Positions 60,928 to 64,000 of a stretch of 64,000 nt of DNA are shown piece after piece (position 1 is the stretch's first letter; each line of letters starts with the position of its first letter). The stretch is taken from NCBI GenBank assembly GCA_029961055.1, contig JASBVM010000048.1, positions 5,600 through 69,599 on the forward strand, given 5' to 3'. Origin of the DNA: Bacillota bacterium (lineage in GTDB: Bacteria; Bacillota; Sulfobacillia; JAIMAT01). The position numbers and the translations under genes were made by a program. The notes under the pieces were generated by a model. It searched no databases. It had not been told where the DNA came from and saw only the letters and a program-made list of their open reading frames with translations.

Positions 60928-62099
60928 GTCATGGCGAGGAAGGAAGGGGGTCCCCCGGGAGCGAGCTGCTTCCGGTCTCCGGGGGGGCGCCGCTCTTCCG
61001 CTTGGCGCCGGGCGTGGCGGAGGCGGCCCTGGGCGAGGCCGGCTTCGCCGGCTTCACCGCCGGCGCCGCGGCCGGCGAGCCGGAGGCAGCCCCCCGCCCC
61101 GAGGGGCGGGCGTCGCGAGGGCTTGTGCGGGTGGCGGCGGTGCAGATGGAGCTCCGGCTTCACCGGCGCGCCGCGGACTGGGCGCGGCAGGTGCGCGACC
61201 TGGGCCTGCGCGCCGCCCGCCGCCTGGCCGGTCTGGAGCCGCCCGCCAGGGTGGCCGGCCTCGCGGCAGGACCGGCGCTGATCGCCTTCCCCGAGGACGT
61301 GGCCACGGGTCTGGTCGGACTCCTTCCCGACATCGACGCGCTGGCCGTCCGGGCGGAGCGGGCCCTGCGCGGCGAGATCCCCGCGGAGGAGGCGCCGCGG
61401 GTGGCCGACGTCTTCGCCGCGGTCGGCCCGGCGGCGGAGGAGCTGTACACCCGCGTCTTCGCTGCGCTGGCCCGGGAGACGGGCGCCTGGGTGGCGGCCG
61501 GGAGCGCCAACCTGCCAGGCGGGGACGGCTGCGTCTATAATGTGGCCCACCTCTTCGCCCCCGACGGCCGCCTGGTCGGCCGACAGGCGAAGGCGCACCT
61601 GCTTCCCCTCGAGGCCGCCTGGGGCCTCGTCCCCGGCCGGGAGCTCCAGGTCTGGGAGCTGCCCTGGGGACGGCTCGCCCAGCCGGTCTGCATGGACGCC
61701 ACCTACTTCGAGACCTTCCGCATCGCCCGCGGCCTCGGGGCCGACGTGGTGGTCATCCCCAGCGCCAACCCGGAGCACCCGTACAACGAGTGGACCTCCG
61801 CCCGCGGGATCTGGCCGCGGGTGCAGGAGAGTCAGGTGTACGGGGTACAGGCCTCCATGGTGGGAAGCTTCCTGGGGGTGGAGCTGAGCGGGCGGAGCGG
61901 CATCTTCGCGCCCCTGGAGCTGTCGCCGGGGGGCGATGGCGTGCTCGACCGGCTGGAGGATCCCTACCAGGAAGGAGTGGCCGCGGCCGTGCTCGACCTC
62001 CGGGCGCTGGACGCCTACCGCTCCCGCCACCCGCTGGGCGCGCGCCTCAACCGCGCCGTGATCGGGCAGCTTCTGGAGGCGTACGGCCGGCTTGGGTGA
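60924..62099 (+). CDS. Carbon-nitrogen hydrolase (nitrilase superfamily) protein 2, with a ~70-aa N-terminal extension.
   Basis: LVRVAAVQMELR...CMDATYFETF (catalytic Cys region)...VVIPSANPEHPYNEW. GTGA overlap with the upstream stop. Confidence 0.7.
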   Translation: MSHGEEGRGSPGSELLPVSGGAPLFRLAPGVAEAALGEAGFAGFTAGAAAGEPEAAPRPEGRASRGLVRVAAVQMELRLHRRAADWARQVRDLGLRAARRLAGLEPPARVAGLAAGPALIAFPEDVATGLVGLLPDIDALAVRAERALRGEIPAEEAPRVADVFAAVGPAAEELYTRVFAALARETGAWVAAGSANLPGGDGCVYNVAHLFAPDGRLVGRQAKAHLLPLEAAWGLVPGRELQVWELPWGRLAQPVCMDATYFETFRIARGLGADVVVIPSANPEHPYNEWTSARGIWPRVQESQVYGVQASMVGSFLGVELSGRSGIFAPLELSPGGDGVLDRLEDPYQEGVAAAVLDLRALDAYRSRHPLGARLNRAVIGQLLEAYGRLG

Positions 62100-63570
62100 G
62101 GGCGAAGGGGTCGAAGGGGGGGCGGCCGCCCGGGTGGCCGCCCGGCTGGCAGCCGCCCCGCGCTTCGCCAGCCCGCCCGGGCTGGAGCGGATGCGGAGGC
62201 TGGCCGAGGCGCTGGGCCACCCCGAGCGCCGGCTCTCGGTGGTCCACCTGGCCGGGACGAACGGGAAGGGCTCCGTCTCCGCCATGGTGGCCTCCATCCT
62301 GGCTGCCGCCGGCCACCGGGTGGCCCTCTTCACCTCGCCCCACCTGGTCGGCTGGGAGGAGCGGATCCGCGTCGGAGGCCGCCCGGTGGGGAGCGGGACG
62401 CTCTGGGCGGCGCTGGAGGTGGTGGAGCGGGCCGACCGCCGCAGCCGGCGGACGGGGGAGCGGGAGCTCCTCCAGTCCGAGCTGCTGACGGCGGCCGCCT
62501 GGTGGCTCGCGGCTTCGGCGGGCGCGGAGTGGCTGGTCCAGGAGACCGGACTGGGCGGGCGCTTCGATCCGACCAACGCCGTGGAGGCTCCGCGGGCGGT
62601 GGCCTGGACACCGGTCGGCCTCGACCACACGCGCATCCTCGGCCGCACCCTCGCCGCCATCGGCCGCGACAAGGCCGGCATCGCCAAACGGGGGGCGGAG
62701 GCGGTCAGCGCGCCGCAACGCCCACCGGTGCGGTCGGCGCTGGAGGCGGCGGTGGCCGCCGCAGGCGGCCGCCTCCGCCTGGGCAACCGCGACTTCCGGG
62801 TGAAGCTCCGCCGTCTCCTGGACCGCTTCGCACCCGGGGACGGCCTGGGCGGAGTGCTCTTCGACTACCGGGGGCCGCGCTGGTCGCTGAAGGGCTTGCA
62901 GGTCCCGCTGGCGGGGGCGCACCAGGCCGGGAACGCAGCCGTCGCGGTCGCCCTGGCCGAGGCGCTGGCGGGGGTGGGCGTGGCGGTCGATCCCGAGGCG
63001 GTCCGGGCGGGCCTCTGCCGGGTCGCCTGGCCCGGCAGGCTGGAACCCTTCGTGGAAGGAGGCCGGCTCTGGGTGCTGGACGGGGCGCACAACCCGCACG
63101 CGGCCGGTGCGCTGGGCCGCTGGCTGCGGGGGAGCGGCGGCGTGCGGGCGACGGTGCTGGCCATCGGCAGCGACAAGGATGCGGCCGGGGTGGTGCGCGC
63201 GCTGGCACCGGCCGGCGGACGACTCCTCGCCCTGGGAGGCCGGCAGGCGGGCTTCACCTTCCACCCGCCGGAGCGCCTCCTGCGCCTCTGGCACGACGCG
63301 GGCGGCCGGACCCCGCTGGGCGCGGCCGCCTCGGCCGAGGAAGCCCTGGCCCAGATCCGGGCCTGGGCCGCGCCGGGCGACCGCATCCTGGTCACGGGCT
63401 CACTCCATCTGGTCGGGCTCTTCCGCCCGCTCCTGGCGGGGGCCTCGGGGCAGCCCGGCGCGGTTCCCGGCGAGGCTGTCCTCGCCGGGACGGACGGGCG
63501 GCCGGCCCTCCCCCGCGGGGCCGGCTTCGCGCTCGAGGATCCGGCCCAGCTCCATGTCGCCCAGCCTTAG
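62092..63570 (+). CDS. folC: Folylpolyglutamate synthase / dihydrofolate synthase.
   Basis: VVHLAGTNGKGSVSAMVASIL...TSPHL...VLDGAHNPHAA. The start is uncertain (TTG 62092 or GTG ~62146). Confidence 0.8.
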   Translation: MGEGEGVEGGAAARVAARLAAAPRFASPPGLERMRRLAEALGHPERRLSVVHLAGTNGKGSVSAMVASILAAAGHRVALFTSPHLVGWEERIRVGGRPVGSGTLWAALEVVERADRRSRRTGERELLQSELLTAAAWWLAASAGAEWLVQETGLGGRFDPTNAVEAPRAVAWTPVGLDHTRILGRTLAAIGRDKAGIAKRGAEAVSAPQRPPVRSALEAAVAAAGGRLRLGNRDFRVKLRRLLDRFAPGDGLGGVLFDYRGPRWSLKGLQVPLAGAHQAGNAAVAVALAEALAGVGVAVDPEAVRAGLCRVAWPGRLEPFVEGGRLWVLDGAHNPHAAGALGRWLRGSGGVRATVLAIGSDKDAAGVVRALAPAGGRLLALGGRQAGFTFHPPERLLRLWHDAGGRTPLGAAASAEEALAQIRAWAAPGDRILVTGSLHLVGLFRPLLAGASGQPGAVPGEAVLAGTDGRPALPRGAGFALEDPAQLHVAQP

Positions 63571-63845
63571 CCGGAAACCCCGCCGCTCGCTGAGGGGGGT
63601 GTAGGGAGGTCGCCCGGCGGCGGCTTCCTGATGCGACGAATGCGACGGAGAAGGCGAAGAAGAAGAGGACCGACCGCGCTCGATGGGATCCATGCTCCGC
63701 CAGCCTCCCGGGGACCTAGTCTGTGGAGGAGCCTCGCTCCTCCATTCACCAGGTCGCTGGGGTTCCGTGGGGCGGCTTCCAGGGGTCCGGGGACCGTCGG
63801 TCGATGTGACTGCCCTATAATTGCAGCCAGCAGGGAGGTGGCCGC

Positions 63846-64000
63846 ATGCCGTGGCTGTTCGTCATGTTCACCGCGGTGATCCTCATCCTCCTGCTGCTGG
63901 CCGACCACGTGAAGAACCGCTTCCAGCACACCCCGTCCAGCCGGCGGACCCTGGCGGTGGAGGGCCTCGCGGTGGCGGGGGGCGCCGCGCTGCTGGCCTG
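63846..64000 (+). CDS. Hypothetical membrane protein, 5' fragment; continues past the window end.
   Basis: ATG after GCAGGGAGGTGG; MPWLFVMFTAVILILLLLADHVKNRF... Confidence 0.4.
   Translation, partial: MPWLFVMFTAVILILLLLADHVKNRFQHTPSSRRTLAVEGLAVAGGAALLA

Overview
This is a ~70% GC, Firmicute-type chromosomal window. The evidence for that lineage is an alpha/beta-type SASP gene, a T-box leader, a GlpP antiterminator, dhaKLM, a Bacillus-type single-subunit sdhC and a b6-type qcr operon, which together fit a Symbiobacterium/Thermaerobacter-like lineage. It is densely packed with core-metabolism genes and no mobile elements, CRISPR arrays, rRNA or tRNA were seen.

Gene content, in order:
- ilvH (partial, minus strand) behind a T-box leader.
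- leuC-leuD-ilvD followed directly by glpP.
- A glycerol locus: glpF-glpK-glpA plus two small membrane anchors, then dhaKLM.
- mtnA.
- cydABCD (minus strand).
- An osmC-like gene, a divergent ArsR-rhodanese regulator and a class-V aminotransferase.
- SASP, fumC, an epimerase.
- A split metE (N- and C-like halves as two genes) followed by a yitJ-like homocysteine S-methyltransferase/MTHFR fusion.
- A thioesterase and cysE (minus strand), an SH3b protein and an HD-domain protein.
- A qcr (bc/b6-type) operon with a diheme cytochrome c, a NERD-like membrane protein and a two-dicluster ferredoxin.
- coaX and an ECF S component (minus strand), a DUF441-like membrane protein, comA.
- A 2-hydroxyacid dehydrogenase, an amidohydrolase and a canonical sdhCAB (all minus strand).
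- ubiB, a methyltransferase, ychF and a HutP-like protein.
- A GGDEF cyclase (minus strand).
- An aromatic supraoperon: aroH, DAHP synthase, tyrA, aroA, aroE, aroC and an aroK-aroB fusion.
- Two tandem CN-hydrolases, folC and the start of a membrane protein.

The most unusual feature is a second complex-II-like module inside the glp locus. GlpA (the FAD glycerol-3-phosphate dehydrogenase) is fused in frame to a complete SdhB-like three-cluster iron-sulfur domain and is followed by SdhC/SdhD-like anchors, with no glpB or glpC.

Many of the long ORFs in the six-frame track are antisense or wrong-frame artefacts of the high GC content and were rejected.
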